DNA of 64,000 nt from Eledone cirrhosa (lineage: Eukaryota). Positions 12,285 to 25,548 of this stretch are shown here, one piece after another (position 1 is the stretch's first letter; every line of letters starts with the position of its first letter). Made by a program: the position numbers and the translations under genes. The stretch spans positions 394,382,001-394,446,000 of the forward strand of contig OZ024741.1 in NCBI GenBank assembly GCA_964016885.1. The letters run 5' to 3'. The notes beneath the pieces are model-generated. The model was not told the DNA's origin, ran no database searches, and saw only the letters and a list, made by a program, of their open reading frames with translations.

Positions 12285-13515
12285 CTGTTCGGGCTATATT
12301 TAACAGTTTTTTTGGGGGAAAATATGTGAATATCAAAAATTAATTTATTGAAAAAATAGAAAGTGTAAAGATTAAAGCATTCAAATTAGAAAATTCACTG
12401 AAAGAAGCCACCTTCAGCATCCACCACAGCCTCGATCATGCTCCGAAAAATGGCACTTGCGATTTTCACAGTGTTCCTAGAGTGAGAGAGCCTCAAACGC
12501 CTCCTTAATCCTGTTGATCAGCTTGGTGTTACAGACAGTGCGGATGGTGTCTTTCTCAATCGCACACCACACATAATAATCCATAGGATTGCAATCAGGG
12601 AAGTTATGGGACAAACGGTGGGGCTGGCGACGTCGTAAACATTCTCTGATGACCACACAGAGCTGTGACAAGGAATTGAATATTGCTGCTACACACATGG
12701 TCTTCCAGAAGCCACCTTCTCCAACCATGCTTTACCCACGGTACTTCCACATAGCCAGCCGAATTGAGCCTGATACCCTGTTCAATGATGTAAGGCGGCA
12801 TGATATCACTCTCACTGGAGACACATCCAGAAACCATTACAGTTTGGGGAAACTTGGTCTTCATGACACGAGGAACGTCATATGGATTGTAGGTAAGCCA
12901 TCTGTTGTTCTGGGTGTTGTGTACCTGGTCCTGGCAAATATTCTTTTCACCAGATTATTCCTGGTTCAATAGGATGGTTTCACTTTGTTTAGGAGTTTTA
13001 TTGCCTTTGTCAGACAGTTTTCTCGAACCTTTTCTGTAAGAAGTTGGCCTTTACACCTCCTGTATGAATGGTAGCGAAAGTCCTCATTTAAGGTCAGCTT
13101 CATGGTAGAAGCTGCAACACCCATTTCCCGCGCTAGAGTTCGCATTCTCTTGCCTGGGTGTTCCATCACTTTCTCCTGTAGTTGTGGGATAATTTCTGGT
13201 GTACAAAGACAATCAGTACGTCTGTTGTATTATTTTCTACAAGCCACAGCCTCATATTCTCAATTGCAGCTCTTCATTTGACGTCTTATTGCTTTCAAAG
13301 AGCAGCTGTCATGATTGCGGAATTTTGATGTCCGACACAAATCATCATGGTCCATGTTACCCTTTTCCAAATTTAGGTGGTTTCCACTTGTCCATTTCAG
13401 TTAATTTTGACATCTTTAAAACTGTAGTGATTAAGTTTCACTTTTCACATGGTATATACAAAGGTATATCTGAAAAATGAATTAAAAAATTAGACTATCA
13501 AATTTATCCTGTATA
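12285..13515 (-). mobile_element. Tc1/mariner-superfamily transposase pseudogene (maT/DD37D-like)
   Basis: HTH-like MRTLAREMGVAASTM; KTKFPQTVMV.GCVS; PDCNPMDYYVW..IE; frameshifted; TIRs not clearly resolvable. Confidence 0.8.
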
Positions 13516-13789
13516 TAAACCAACCTGTCCACGTATGACGTTTACATTTCTCTAATTGACAACGAGAAATAATGTTACACTCCAATGACTTCTTTCATCA
13601 GTACAAAGTCATAAATTGCACAAAGGATTGAGTCAACCTAGATTTTTATAACGATATGGACTTTTAAAGTTATATAAATATTCATGTACTTCTTTTTCAT
13701 TACTGATATTACTGCGGTTGTATCTGTTGTTACCGCTCTCACTTATTGTCGTTGTTACCTGAAAACAATCTTTACTGTTTCGTCTTTTT

Positions 13790-13935
13790 ATGTTCTGAGT
13801 TCAAATCACGCGGAATTCAACTTTACCTTTCATCCTTCCAGAGTTGATAAAATACCAGTAAATTACTGGGGTCGATTTAATCGACTCCCCACTCAATTTG
13901 TTGGCTTTGTGCCTAAATCAGAAACCATTATTATA
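13790..13935 (+). mobile_element. tRNA-derived SINE fragment (long-tail form)
   Basis: ctgagttcaaat...ctttcatccttcc.gagttgataaaataccag...ggggtcgatttaatcgac...gtgcctaaatcagaaac. Confidence 0.8.
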
Positions 13936-14067
13936 AAGAAATAGAGAGAAGGCGAGAGAGGAGAGAGAGAAACTAAGAGAACAAGAGACTGAGAGAGAGA
14001 CATTTCGAGCGCTTCCGTGAAAAAGAATGCCAACAGCCGGATCCGCCGTACACGCGGAGACATCTAT

Positions 14068-14219
14068 AATAATTCTTTCTACATTTGGCACAAGACTAGC
14101 AATTAGAAGGGGAGGGGCAAGTCGATTAAATCGACCCCAGTGCTTGACTGGTACTTTATTATATCGACGTAGTAAGGATGAAAAGCAAAGCTAACCTTGG
14201 CGGGATTTGAACTCAGAAT
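14068..14219 (-). mobile_element. tRNA-derived SINE fragment (long-tail form)
   Basis: Reverse complement of the same consensus. Confidence 0.8.
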
Positions 14220-14752
14220 GTTTTATTTTAAACACTGTTTCGTCAGTAAGAAAGACAAGTTACTAAGGAACTGTTTCTTTCTTTTATTTCGTGTAATTCG
14301 GGTTTAAATTTTGAAAAGAATTGTTAAGATGTCGTCACTGTTGTCGTCATCACTGCAAGCCAGTCGGCAAGCGAGGTCATTGGGATGATTCAAGGTGCGA
14401 AAATATTTTTGCCACCCTGAACTTTAATTTTCTACTCCTACCACATCGCCACAAACTCCACCACAGCAGGTGGCAGCTGTGGAAGCAGCAGCAGCAGTAA
14501 CAACAACAACAATATCATCAATAACAAAAACAGGGAGAGCATCGCCAACACCACTACCACTTCCGTAGCCGGCATCACGCGTTTACCAACACATGCAACA
14601 CCACCACCACTTTCACTACAGCTGCCAGTTCAATCTCCACTGAAGTCAGTAGCAGTAGAATATACAGCTATGCAGCTGCTACAAATTTATCTTTTGCAAG
14701 GGGTACAATATTTTTTGAAAAATACATCTTCAAGGTCAAGGAAATTAGATAT

Positions 14753-15190
14753 CTATCTATCTAGGGCGGGTAAAATTCCCGAGATCCATGGACGAGTTCT
14801 CTCCAGCGGTCTCTGTCCCTCATTATCGCTGCCATGTCCTGCGTCTCCAACAGACCAGTGTCTGTCCTTAGGGCATCAACATATGTTAACCTCGGTCTTC
14901 CTCTTCTAGTGTGTCCATGCAGGGACTCCCACAGGAGCACTGAGTGCAGTGTCAACTCTGGATGTCGGTGAGCATGTCCAGCTAACCTCAGTCCCCTCTG
15001 TGTCACTTTTGAAGTCGGACCTACGTAAAGACCTGAAGATCCGCCTCTTCGTTGCTGTAGTGGAGTCTGTGCTGCTGTACGGGTCTGAGATTTGGACACT
15101 GACCAAGAAACTTACTCAGATGGTGGATGGGTGCTACACGAGAATGCTGATGGTGGCTCTGAACATTAATCAGTATACACTGAGGATGAA
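14753..15190 (-). mobile_element. 5'-inverted RTE-type LINE 3' fragment with 12-bp TSD
   Basis: Minus part RLAGHAHRHPE...RRGRPRLTYVD...DRDRW plus (AGAT)n tail; plus part LKIRLFVAVVESVLLYGSEIWTL...DGCYTRML; TSD GAAATTAGATAT at 14741-14752 and 15191-15202. Confidence 0.88.
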
Positions 15191-15863
15191 GAAATTAGAT
15201 ATAAAGCTTTAAAATGAGCAACAATTTAGTCAGAACAACCAGATATACGTACGAGAGGGAAAAAAACAATATACTGTTACATACCATTATGTTGGTGTCG
15301 AAACATGAAAAGTGGAAAGAGCGAGCCAAGCTCAAATTCTCAAAAAAATGCTTAAAGTCCCTGTTGGAAAAAAAAGACTCACATCACTCACTGAAGCAAA
15401 ATAATACAGTGGATCTTAGTTTTCCAACCGAAGTGGAAGTGAGTGAACGCTCCATAACACAGCGAACTTATCTCGGTTAGTATTTCCCAATGGTATATAT
15501 GCCGCCTAAAATAACCATTCCCTGGTTGGTGACGGACATCTTGGTTGAGATAGAAGAGCGGGTTAGAATCCTGGAAGTACACAGGATGTACAGGGAAAAC
15601 TGGTCATGAATAGACATAGAGTTCCTACTCCAAACTAATCAAGAGTGGCCCAAATTCATGTCTGACTTAATTAACTTGCAGGAGGACAAATTATCCCATA
15701 TGTAGTGCCATGGGTCACATAAGGAACTTTTACCAATGGTGGGTGGCCAAAGAGAATGTTCCCTTCTTCGTCAACGTCACAAATAGCAAAAGTAGCAAGA
15801 TCAACAACAGTGTGCGACCACAACAACCGTAGCTACAATAGCAGCAGCACCAATAGAAGCATC

Positions 15864-16550
15864 AGCAATAGCAGCAGTAAGACAAACAGAAATACCAGCA
15901 GCAGCAATAGCAGCAGTAAGACAAACAGAAATACCAGCAGCAGCAATAGCAGCAGTAAGACAAACAGAAATACCAGCAGCAGCAATAGCAGCAGTAAGAC
16001 AAACAGAAATACCAGCAGCAGCAATAGCAGCAGTAAGACAAACCGAAATACCAGCAGCAACAATAGCAGCAGTAAAACAAACAGAAATACCAGCAGCAGC
16101 AATAGCAGCAGTAAGACAAACAGAAATACCAGCAGCAGCAATAGCAGCAGTAAGACAAACAGAAATACCAGCAGCAGCAATAGCAGCAGTAAGACAAACA
16201 GAAATACCAGCAGCAGCAATAGCAGCAGTAAGACAAACAAAAATACCAGCAGCAGCAATAGCAGCAGTAAGACAAACAGAAATACCAGCAGCAGCAATAG
16301 CAGCAGTAAGACAAACAGAAATACCAGCAGCAGCAATAGCAGCAGTAAGACAAACAAAAATACCAGCAGCAGCAATAGCAGCAGTAAGACAAACAAAAAT
16401 ACCAGCAGCAGCAATAGCAGCAGTAAGACAAACAGAAATACCAGCAGCAGCAATAACAGCAGTAAGACAAACAGAAATACCAGCAGCACCAATAGCAGCA
16501 GTAAGACAAACAGAAATACCAGCAGCAGCAATAACAGCAGTAAGACAAAC
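15864..16550. repeat. 39-bp minisatellite, about 17.5 copies
   Basis: Unit aataccagcagcagcaatagcagcagtaagacaaacaga, with few substitutions between units. Confidence 0.97.
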
Positions 16551-19500
16551 AAACAAAAACAAACAAGATATAAACATGCATGTACAGACATACGTCTCCC
16601 CTCATCTACTTTGTTGAAATATCAACGTCCGGGGTCCTTGCAAGAAAGAAAAAGGTGGGGTACAAAAGAGGCCTCACAGGGTTATGTGGGTTAACGGAAT
16701 GGCAATTTTCCATTGTCAGCCACACATCCACACCCCAACTGAGCAAACGAACACAAAGATCACCATAACAACCAAACTATGCCAGAAACAAAAAAACAAA
16801 CACCCCCACAAAACCTATATCAACAAACAGAACGGCTACTGGAAGCTGAAAGTGTCTTTCTCGGCACACAAAGCCTACGGAAACTGGATTAGTGACAGTT
16901 GTCGGGGAAGGGGGATCCTTGACAACTAATGCTAGGGCACTCCGAAGGGAGTGATTAGATTAGAATCAATAAAGTTTAGTAAAATAAAATAACAATAGAG
17001 AAAATAGAACGTTGTTTTTGTCAGAGATAAAGCGCAGCATAATATAAGTCACGAAAAAACTAATACCGTTCAAGTGAGATTGTGTGGAAAATTGTAGATT
17101 TGCATAATCCCGAACAGATCTATTTACGACAATCTCCATCTAGCTTCGGTGGAGCTCTGATTAACTTGGATCAATCAAAAGCTTTCCATAAGGACGGCCG
17201 GTAATAATTACCGACTGTGTCCTCAAGGTAACCGTCTTCGGTCTCGTTTTCAAAGGCTGGATCGCTTCAATGCACGGTAGCATCCGCTCAGTGGTTAAAG
17301 TAAATGGCCACTTTTCGCAACTGTTTCGAATTACGCGCTCTCATCTTTTTTGTATGTCCTGGCTCTCGACCCCACTTCAACGGAAATGGGAGGTGTCGGA
17401 GGTATCCCGCTCAGACTAAAAGAGTCATGTCGGCATATTCTGACGACGTCACCTAAAGGTATCGGATTCGATGGTAATCGAGGTAATCGACTTACCTTCT
17501 GGGTCTATGAAAACGATTCGAATCTTGATATCTAAAACAACACAGCACCTTCGTCTTTTGAATCCCGTGCGACATAGAGATATGTACACCCCATAGCGAA
17601 CCAGTTAAACTCATCAACAAAAAAATGGTTCTTCGCCCTGAAAAGGGCGACTAGAGTGGAATCGATAAGGTTTAGTAAGGGAGTTGCGATAGAAAAAAAC
17701 TAAATTAGAGAAATGGCTAGTTAGAAACATAGAAGAGGCTATTAGGAAAGGCATCGCAATCGACGTGCTTGCGCTGAAATTGGCCTTGGACCAATCCTTT
17801 AACACCAAGAACAAAGGCTGCATAGAAGCCGTTGATTGAGTCCGAGTGGAAAAAGCACAACATTGCAACAAGAACATAAAACCGAACCGTTGCATGTGGT
17901 TTCTCAGTACCACTTTTCTCAATTGTTCGGGTAGAGTGGCTGCCTGGGTGGTAGGATTGATATCATTGTCTTTCTCTGTGTCCTGCCGCGACTCTCGGCA
18001 ATGGAAGGAGGGTGAGTGTTCCGAAAATTTGATAACAGCCACTAATTTTCGACCCATAACGCAAAATTTATGATTTTGGCTAATATGCTAGCAAATAGGT
18101 TAACTCTTGCCGGCAATGCTCTGATTGGGAAAGTGCAGATATGCGCCATCCCATACAGATTCATCCATGACAACCTCCATCGCATGTGTTACGCCGTAGA
18201 GAGTGTGGTTAAGGAACCTGACACGAGTGGAACCCTGATCAAATTAGATCAATCGAAAGCTTTCGATTGAGTCAACCATTACTACTTGGCAGCTATCACA
18301 AGACAGCCAGTTTCGGTTACGTCTTCAGGAGATGGATTGCTGCAATGCACGGCGACATCTGCTCAATGGTCAGAATAAATAGCCACCTATTGGAACCATT
18401 TAGTATCATGCGGTAGATCCGTCAAAGTTGTTCCCTCTCGTTTCTTCTCTATGTACTGACTCTGGAGCCACTAGATACGTTAGGGGTATCCCGCGAGAAC
18501 TTGGAATGTGAAAAATCCATGTCGGCATATGCGGATGACATCACCGTTGTTGTGTCAGACACCTCGCACATACCGCTCTAAGGAAGTACCGGGTGGTGAG
18601 AGGAGCGAAAATTAATCAGGAAAAGTCAATGGGCCTGCAGCTCGGCATCTGAAGAAACAGGGCTATGCTGTCCAGTAGCGTCGTGAGGCGCTGGACGAAT
18701 CGGTTAAATTGCTCATGGTCTAGCTTCGCCCTGATCTCCAGATAGGCAAAAACTGGGATAAGGTGATAAGCAGACTGACCAGTTTTACCCCAAAATAGAC
18801 TAAGAGGAAGCTACTTTGGAATGGTCGGGCTGAAATAGTGAATGCCTACAACGTCTCTGTAAACTATTATCATCTGAAGGTCGTGCTTTGTACCAGTTCC
18901 CGTCTTACCTAACTGCAATTTCTGCTCTTTCACTTTTTGTGGAACAGACACGTTCTACTGATCAAGCGACCTATTAGGACGACCAGACATACTGTAACTG
19001 ATGATGCGCAGGCACGCGTTAAGGCTGCAACATCTCCAGAATATTGCCAAGTGCTCACAGCCCTATATCAGTCTAGCAATGCGGTCGGTGGAAACTTCAC
19101 TTTGGCGCTCTATTGAGGATTACTGGAAGACGTTTGGTCTAGGACCTATGGATAATTTCCAGAAATTTATGGCCTGGCAGTGCTACCGAGGGGCATTGCC
19201 GATTTGAGATAAACAGCAGGGCCCGACAAAGATAGTCCGGGGTGACTAAACCGTTCTTCACGCACACGTCCAGTACCGGAATCTGGCTAAATCAACTAAA
19301 TCCATTGTAAAGATTACCCTACCACCTCCTTCACCAGGAAGCACAAGCAGTTTCTATTTGTCTGGTGGCCATGGCGAAAGAAGTTATGTAGTGGACAAGA
19401 TTAAAAAGACTGAAGGAAAATGCTTTCCTCTTTGGCCAAGCACTCACAGGGCTTTTTAGGTCCACTTGAAAAGGAAATATAAATAGGGAGCGTTGAGCTG

Positions 19501-19782
19501 TTATTCAGCAAATTTATTGAAAAGTGGATGAGAGTGGCGAACACTATCCGAGTGAATGGGCCTGTTCTGAGTTTTCTCCTGTAGAGTGGGAGAAGGCACT
19601 TACTGGTCATTAAATTCGTCATAACTAACTATTGATAGATGTTAATTTCGTTTTTTTATCGTCTCTGCCACCAACCACCAATCTCTATTTATATATCTAT
19701 CCGTAGGCTGTTTTACTCCTGATGGAGTAGCAGCGCACTATCATACGGTGTGATTTCGACATTAAACCTGGTGGAACCCATT

Positions 19783-20160
19783 CTTCTCCAAGTCGGAACA
19801 CAGCCGATTTTTATATTAGATAGTAAGAAAGAGAACAACAAAAGTGAGAAAGAGATATAGAGTAAGAATCGACCCCAGGACTCGACTTCGAAAGGATAAA
19901 AAGCAAAGTTAACGAGACGGTCACCACCGGGACCTCGGGTGTCCTTGATCCCTGAACTGCTGTTTTCCTTCGCAAAATCGGGAAGACTGAAACCCACCCG
20001 AGGAAGGGGCCCCGTGATCTTACTACCACAGATGTAACTACCAGTCTAGTCGCTTTTGTTTCTGCACTCACAACAGGGAACAGCTCCAGAATAGCCTTGT
20101 CACTCTCATGGGTCATTAGAAGTTTGAATTTTATACTGACCCCTCCCGACCACATAAGCA
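19783..20160 (-). mobile_element. CRE-clade non-LTR retrotransposon 3' remnant
   Basis: RPDRLSIFPF.GG..LVRSR-like segment and FAFYPFEVESWG; similar to 49860-50396. Confidence 0.5.
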
Positions 20161-20639
20161 GGCATGTGTCACACTATCTCTCTTGGTCACCTCACTTCAC
20201 TCTTGATGTTGGCAGACATATGGTTCAAGCCGCTTGATAAACAATACAATGGTGGTCCACATATCTAAATAACTAACAAAGGCACAAAACCAGAATTTTG
20301 GAAGAATGAAACTATTAATTCCAGTGACGCCAGTACTTAACTACTACTTTATTTTATTGATTCTAGAAATATGAAAATCAAAGTTCACTGCAGAATACAT
20401 TCTACAGAGTGGGCCACAATTAGATTACGAGCTTACTGTTACGAAATGTGAATAAAAAAAGTAAACAGCTATATTAAACTTTATTCCAAAAGTAATACAT
20501 GGGCAATTTACGTAAAATTATATAGCACCAATAAAGGAAACAAAAAAGATAGAGAAGAAAATAAAAAAAAAAGAAATTAGGCAACAAAAGAAAGGGAAAG
20601 GGCTGCTGCGACAAACTCTACACTCGATTCTGAATGAAT

Positions 20640-22200
20640 CATGTTTCAACTGCGCCCCACAGACAAAATGCAAAGTCATTGCCGTGACGAATAACTAGCG
20701 ATGCCCACTACAATAACTACCATATCTCATGGGGTTCCTTCCTCCTGTGGACTGCAGTCTTCCAGATTTTGCGGGGTAAAACAACAATTCGAGATACGAA
20801 GACACCTGAGGATTCGACGGCGTCCCGTAAGAAAAGGAAGCAGTTAGTCAAACCCCGGCATCGTGTTATTTTCCTCTACTTTGGCATTGGGGGCGGTGGT
20901 GCCCGGGGTTGCGGCCAAAGCGGACAATGAGGTGCTGCACGTAGCGTCCCAGATTAGGGATTCACTTCTCTTAAATGGGAAGAGAGTTATCACGGCTAGG
21001 CTCTTACCATCACCGCGGTCGAGGTCAGCTGGTTCCAGTTGTGACGGGAAGCCGGCCATGTCGAGGCACCTTCTGATTATGTCATTTAGAGCGGCATGAC
21101 CGAACTCATCAACAATTGTTTCATAACGGAATTTGTGCGTCCCACACACGTGGAGGCCGAGGTTTGGGCCACTCTGATGCGAGTGCACTCATCACCAAGA
21201 AGGAAACTGATTGACGAAGAGGGCACCGAATTGAGCCACACGCTACTTTTTGGTTGGGAGACAGAACGGAGACAAGGGAGGCTCAATTCGCCTGAATGTC
21301 ACCCCAGTTGCATCGAACATCTGCATATTGAGGGACGAGGAGGCCTTCGTCAAGCCAATCGGCCAGAGCTGACTCCAGTTCTCAGTCCCCGTCAGGTTCT
21401 ACCGTTTTGCAGAATACCTCGCTAATGAGGTGCGGCTAGGCCATTGAAGTTTATGAGGAGTTTCTACTGTTGCCAGCCGGTGCTGAGTTCAGCACAGTGC
21501 CTGATGGTAATGTCAACTCGACGAGACGAGGCGATTCGCGCGAGTAGGAGCATCACGCGCAGCGTGGGGGAGTTTAGGAAGGGAAAAACAGCTCCTCAGA
21601 AGGAAGAGCACTGGTTGCGCGTCAATGAGGTGCAATATTTTCGTCAGCGATCAGGCTGGGATGATTTTGCTGAAGGTTGACTAAAAAGGCAGGCTCAACC
21701 AAACCTTCCTGTGTCACATCGTCCAGTTATCAAACATTAAAGAGATAGCGGACTGATGGGCAATGCCATTGACAACCAACGAGGAGCGAGCCGAGTGAAT
21801 CAACTTGCTGGACACCTGTCGCGGAACTGAACTTGTTACCAGCAGCAATACATGTACCATAAGAGAGATGTGCCAGTGGTAATATAGAGGGAAGCCGTCT
21901 TAGACAGGTCTCTAAGATGTGATCTTGCCTAACAGTTAAAAGCGTGTCGCTAGTCCAGCTTCACTTAACCCCTACTCCGAGCTAAACAGGGCATAGTTCC
22001 TCGCTTAGGTTTTACATGACTGACCAGCTATCTTGGCCACAAGTCGTCAAAAGATGTTGCCTACTGCAATGGGTCGGATGCCTCAGTCATTCTTCTTCAA
22101 CGCAGTCAGATTGGCTAAGAAGAAAAGGTCCGCTCGGAGAAGACTGTTCATTAGAGCAGTAATCGACATTAAATGTTCAATATGCTTCCCGTTTTCAAGC
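20640..22200 (-). mobile_element. CRE-clade non-LTR retrotransposon remnant (RT plus restriction-like endonuclease)
   Basis: IRPIAVGNIF*RLVAK; WLNSVPSSSI.FLL.DE..RI.VA; HAALNDIIRRCL..AGFPSQLEP..LDRGDGK...ITLFPF...SLIWDATC. Confidence 0.8.
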
Positions 22201-22291
22201 GCACCATTATTACGTTTCTTTGTTATCACTAATGCTCAACCCTGTATTTTGTCGGCTAACCACTAATCTTTGTAATTACTTAAATAATAAT

Positions 22292-22404
22292 TGTTTCTAC
22301 TTTTGGCACAAGGCCAGCAATTACCCAGTGTATTACTGGTACTTTATTTTATCGACCCCATAAGGATGAAAGACAAAGTTAACCTCGGCGGGATTTGAAC
22401 TCAG
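22292..22404 (-). mobile_element. 5'-truncated SINE with TSD
   Basis: SINE consensus; flanked by aatta(c/t)ttaaataataat on both sides. Confidence 0.88.
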
Positions 22405-22667
22405 AATTATTTAAATAATAATGGTCCTCTTTGTATTTTGTCTGCTAACACTTATTTTTATGCAATACAACAATCTTCATCCCTAAAGAACTATATTACT
22501 TTTTCTACAGAGAAAAAGAAAAAGAAAAAAAAACAGTGTAAGGAAATCTTTACCATTCATTAATTGTTGTATCTAAACTATAATAAAGTAAGGAGTGCGG
22601 GACTGCGTACGGTTTATAATTTTTTATCCCCTTAGTAAAATAAGTTGGATTACTTTGAATAAATAAT

Positions 22668-22852
22668 TGTTTCTACTTTAGGCACAAGGCCAACAATTAC
22701 CCAGTTCATTACTGGTACTTTATTTTATCGACCTCGTAAGGATGAAAGGCAACGTCAACCTCGGCGGGATTTGAACTCAGATCGTAAAGGGACGTAACTA
22801 TGCTGAAAAGCATGGCGCCCAACCCTCTACCGATACTGCCAATCCACCGCCC
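22668..22852 (-). mobile_element. Full-length tRNA-derived SINE (MetaSINE-like core) with 18-bp TSD
   Basis: Head gggcggtggattggcagtatcgg (A box), gagttcaaatccc (B box), core gcctttcatcctt.cg.ggtcgataaaataaagtaccag; TSD ttactttgaataaataat at 22650-22667 and 22853-22870. Confidence 0.93.
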
Positions 22853-23694
22853 TTACTTTGAATAAATAATGAATGAATATTACATAATTTATCTACTAAA
22901 TTTCGAGGTTGTTGATTAAATATATTTTATTGTTAATTTAAATTTTAAATTTTTCAAATGTCAACACTTCCGGTTAGCGATCGCTTAATTAAACATTCAT
23001 ATATTTCCGTCATAAATTTTCTCCTAATGCAGTTTATATATAATATCGTATTTTTTTAAATGTATCATGGATTACTTTACTGATTACATAAGACAGTGTA
23101 ACGCAGTCTTCGTTCAATGTCTGTGTATATTGTCAATTACGATGTTATTTGATGTATCATATCTACATGCATATATACTTGTGTATAATATCAATATACA
23201 CACTACACATGCTAGCAGAAAACCACCCGAACGGTGGTTTTTCTACTAGTATAAATAATTATACTGATTGATGGCTTACTTTCTGAGTCTTTGGTTATAT
23301 TAAGGAACTGTAATTGAAACCAAATTTCTTGTTTAGAAAGCAGTATGTGTCAGGGAATATTATTTGTAAAGTAAACCGCTGGTATTTAAGAGAAAGGGAG
23401 CTAACAGCAACTAACAGAAACTATTTATGAGAATAGCTCAAATTTCTGGGGAAGGGGGTGCTTTCACACGAAAATATGCACGTCAGTAGATTTTAATATT
23501 TTCTTTTCAGTGGTTGTTTAAAATAGCCATGGAACATTGTAAAAGAAATGCTAAATCAACATTGCCAATTAGCAAACTGCAAAACATTAGTTATTAGAGT
23601 ACTGAACAGAGTGGATTATTTTGATATTAATTTCTGACGTAGGAATAAAGCCATAAATAGTGAAAGGTGTGGCCGATTATATCGACCCGCGAAA

Positions 23695-23757
<63 letters not shown>

Positions 23758-24974
23758 TAACGGAGTCATAGACTCGCGTTAGTCCCTGTAAATTATGTGC
23801 TCAAAGGAAAAGGAATCCTGGGCTCTTCAAAATACAATATGTAGAAAAAATAACACACTAGAGAGACAGTGTGTGTGCTATTAATAAACAGGGAAACCAC
23901 CAGTGTATGGAATCTATAAACTACGAAAGGTGAGGTAGATACATAATAATAAAAAATATAAATCAAAATTAGTATACCCACCTCTATAACTATATATCAC
24001 ACACGTACAAATCCAAAGAGATTTGTTTCGCCAAAAAATTACTAAATGAAATGGAAATACCTATGGTTCATCAGCGTGTGTTAAGTATATACATTCCAGA
24101 CAACTCTAAGAAAATTTAAGATAACCGCCTTGCAACACGTGGTAGAGAGAAGTGAATGCGTGCAAAGGACAGTGAGCCAGTGGTATTTGTGGAATGAGCG
24201 GCTAAAAATGGCAGCCCACTGGTGGATTTATTGAATGAGTTGGCCTTACAAATTAGCACCACCAATCTCACTAAACAACACAATGCCCCCTTTGACCTTT
24301 TGACTCACGCGCGTACAATCACATTTTAACTGAAGCCAATCCTCGGAAACAAGCGCTATTACGTAACGACGACGATCTTCTCGGATTTTAAAGTTACTTT
24401 CGACTTTCTTTTCTTAAAATTAAAGTGGTATTTACTTCATCTTAAAAACGGAAATGCTTTACGTGTGTTCGCGCGCTTATGCGTGATAACTGAAGAAAAT
24501 TTAAAGAAATTTCAAAACTTAAATAGCTTTTCAAAAAAAGTTGTTTATTTCCACATAGATATGAACTTTTAAGTTCAGATGTGTATCATAACACAACCTT
24601 ACTGAAAAGCATTATTAAGGGTTTATATGATTAATTTTGCAAGTGTAAAATCGCTTCATTACTTCATCATCTTTCATGCAAAGACGTAATACATGCCACT
24701 AAAAGGCCTCAGGTGACGTATTCTTAAAATGGATTTAGTTTGCAGTCCTTTTTTTGCAGCTTACGTGTTTATGAAACTCCCGTAAATGTAACAATAATTT
24801 CAAAGCTCCGTTAAATATAGAGTAGTTATGAAAAGTCGTCAGTTTTCATGTTTAACCTTTAAACATATCATTGTTAACATATAAAGATATTGTTGTTTCC
24901 CAAAACCGGTTGAGTCTGCTCGACGAGTCACACCTTAAAAAACACGTCAACTAAACTCTCTGCGTGTCATTACG

Positions 24975-25157
24975 GTGAATTGGCAGTATCGGTAGAGGGT
25001 AGGATATGCTTTCCAGCATAGTTACGTCCCTTTACGATCTGAGTTCAATTCCCGCCGAGGTTTACTTTGCCTTTCATCCTTACGGGGTCGATAAAATAAA
25101 GTACCAGTAATGTACTGGGATAATTGCTGGCCTTGTGCCAAAAGTAGAAACAATTAT
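24975..25157 (+). mobile_element. Near full-length SINE
   Basis: Same consensus as 22668-22852. Confidence 0.9.
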
Positions 25158-25493
25158 GTTACGACTTACGTTGATCTAATGCAGATCTCTATCTATTAGT
25201 ATTTCGCTCAACCTTGCCTGACTCTCGAGGGCCGAACAAAAAACATTGTGTACTCTGAGGCTCTAACAATGAAATTTATGTATTTTCTGTTACTTGGAAT
25301 TTCCATTATGGTTGTACAAATTATTGTAAAGTTTGTTAAAAATGTTGTTCTCTGTTCAGCCTTTATTGTTGTAACTATCAATTTTCTTTAACGTACTGGC
25401 TGCTGAACTGGGGAATCCTAAAAACTATTCAAACCCAACATCAGACCACGTTAACCCACCCCCACTCCTCGTGCGTATTTGATGGGATTGTCT

Positions 25494-25548
<55 letters not shown>

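Larger units (their letters stand above)
14330..19620 (+). mobile_element. Heavily decayed L1/Tx1-like LINE region (ORF1-like remnant and two RT fragments)
   Basis: NFRPIT..N...ILA..LANRL; IHDNLH; LDQSKAFD*VNH (also LDQSKAF at ~17165); AYADDITV; KINQEKSMGLQLG; boundaries and ORF1 assignment are tentative. Confidence 0.6.

Noticed and set aside
15756-16694. 312-aa Ser/Asn-rich ORF and Cys-rich or Leu-rich antisense ORFs as host genes; CRISPR-like periodicity
   Set aside because: All arise from one 39-bp head-to-tail repeat with no unique spacers and no supporting gene structure
23212-23249. Strong hairpin ctagcagaaaaccacc-cgaac-ggtggtttttctactag resembling a terminator
   Set aside because: Eukaryotic context; may be an isolated Helitron-like 3' end, but I found no matching 5' end
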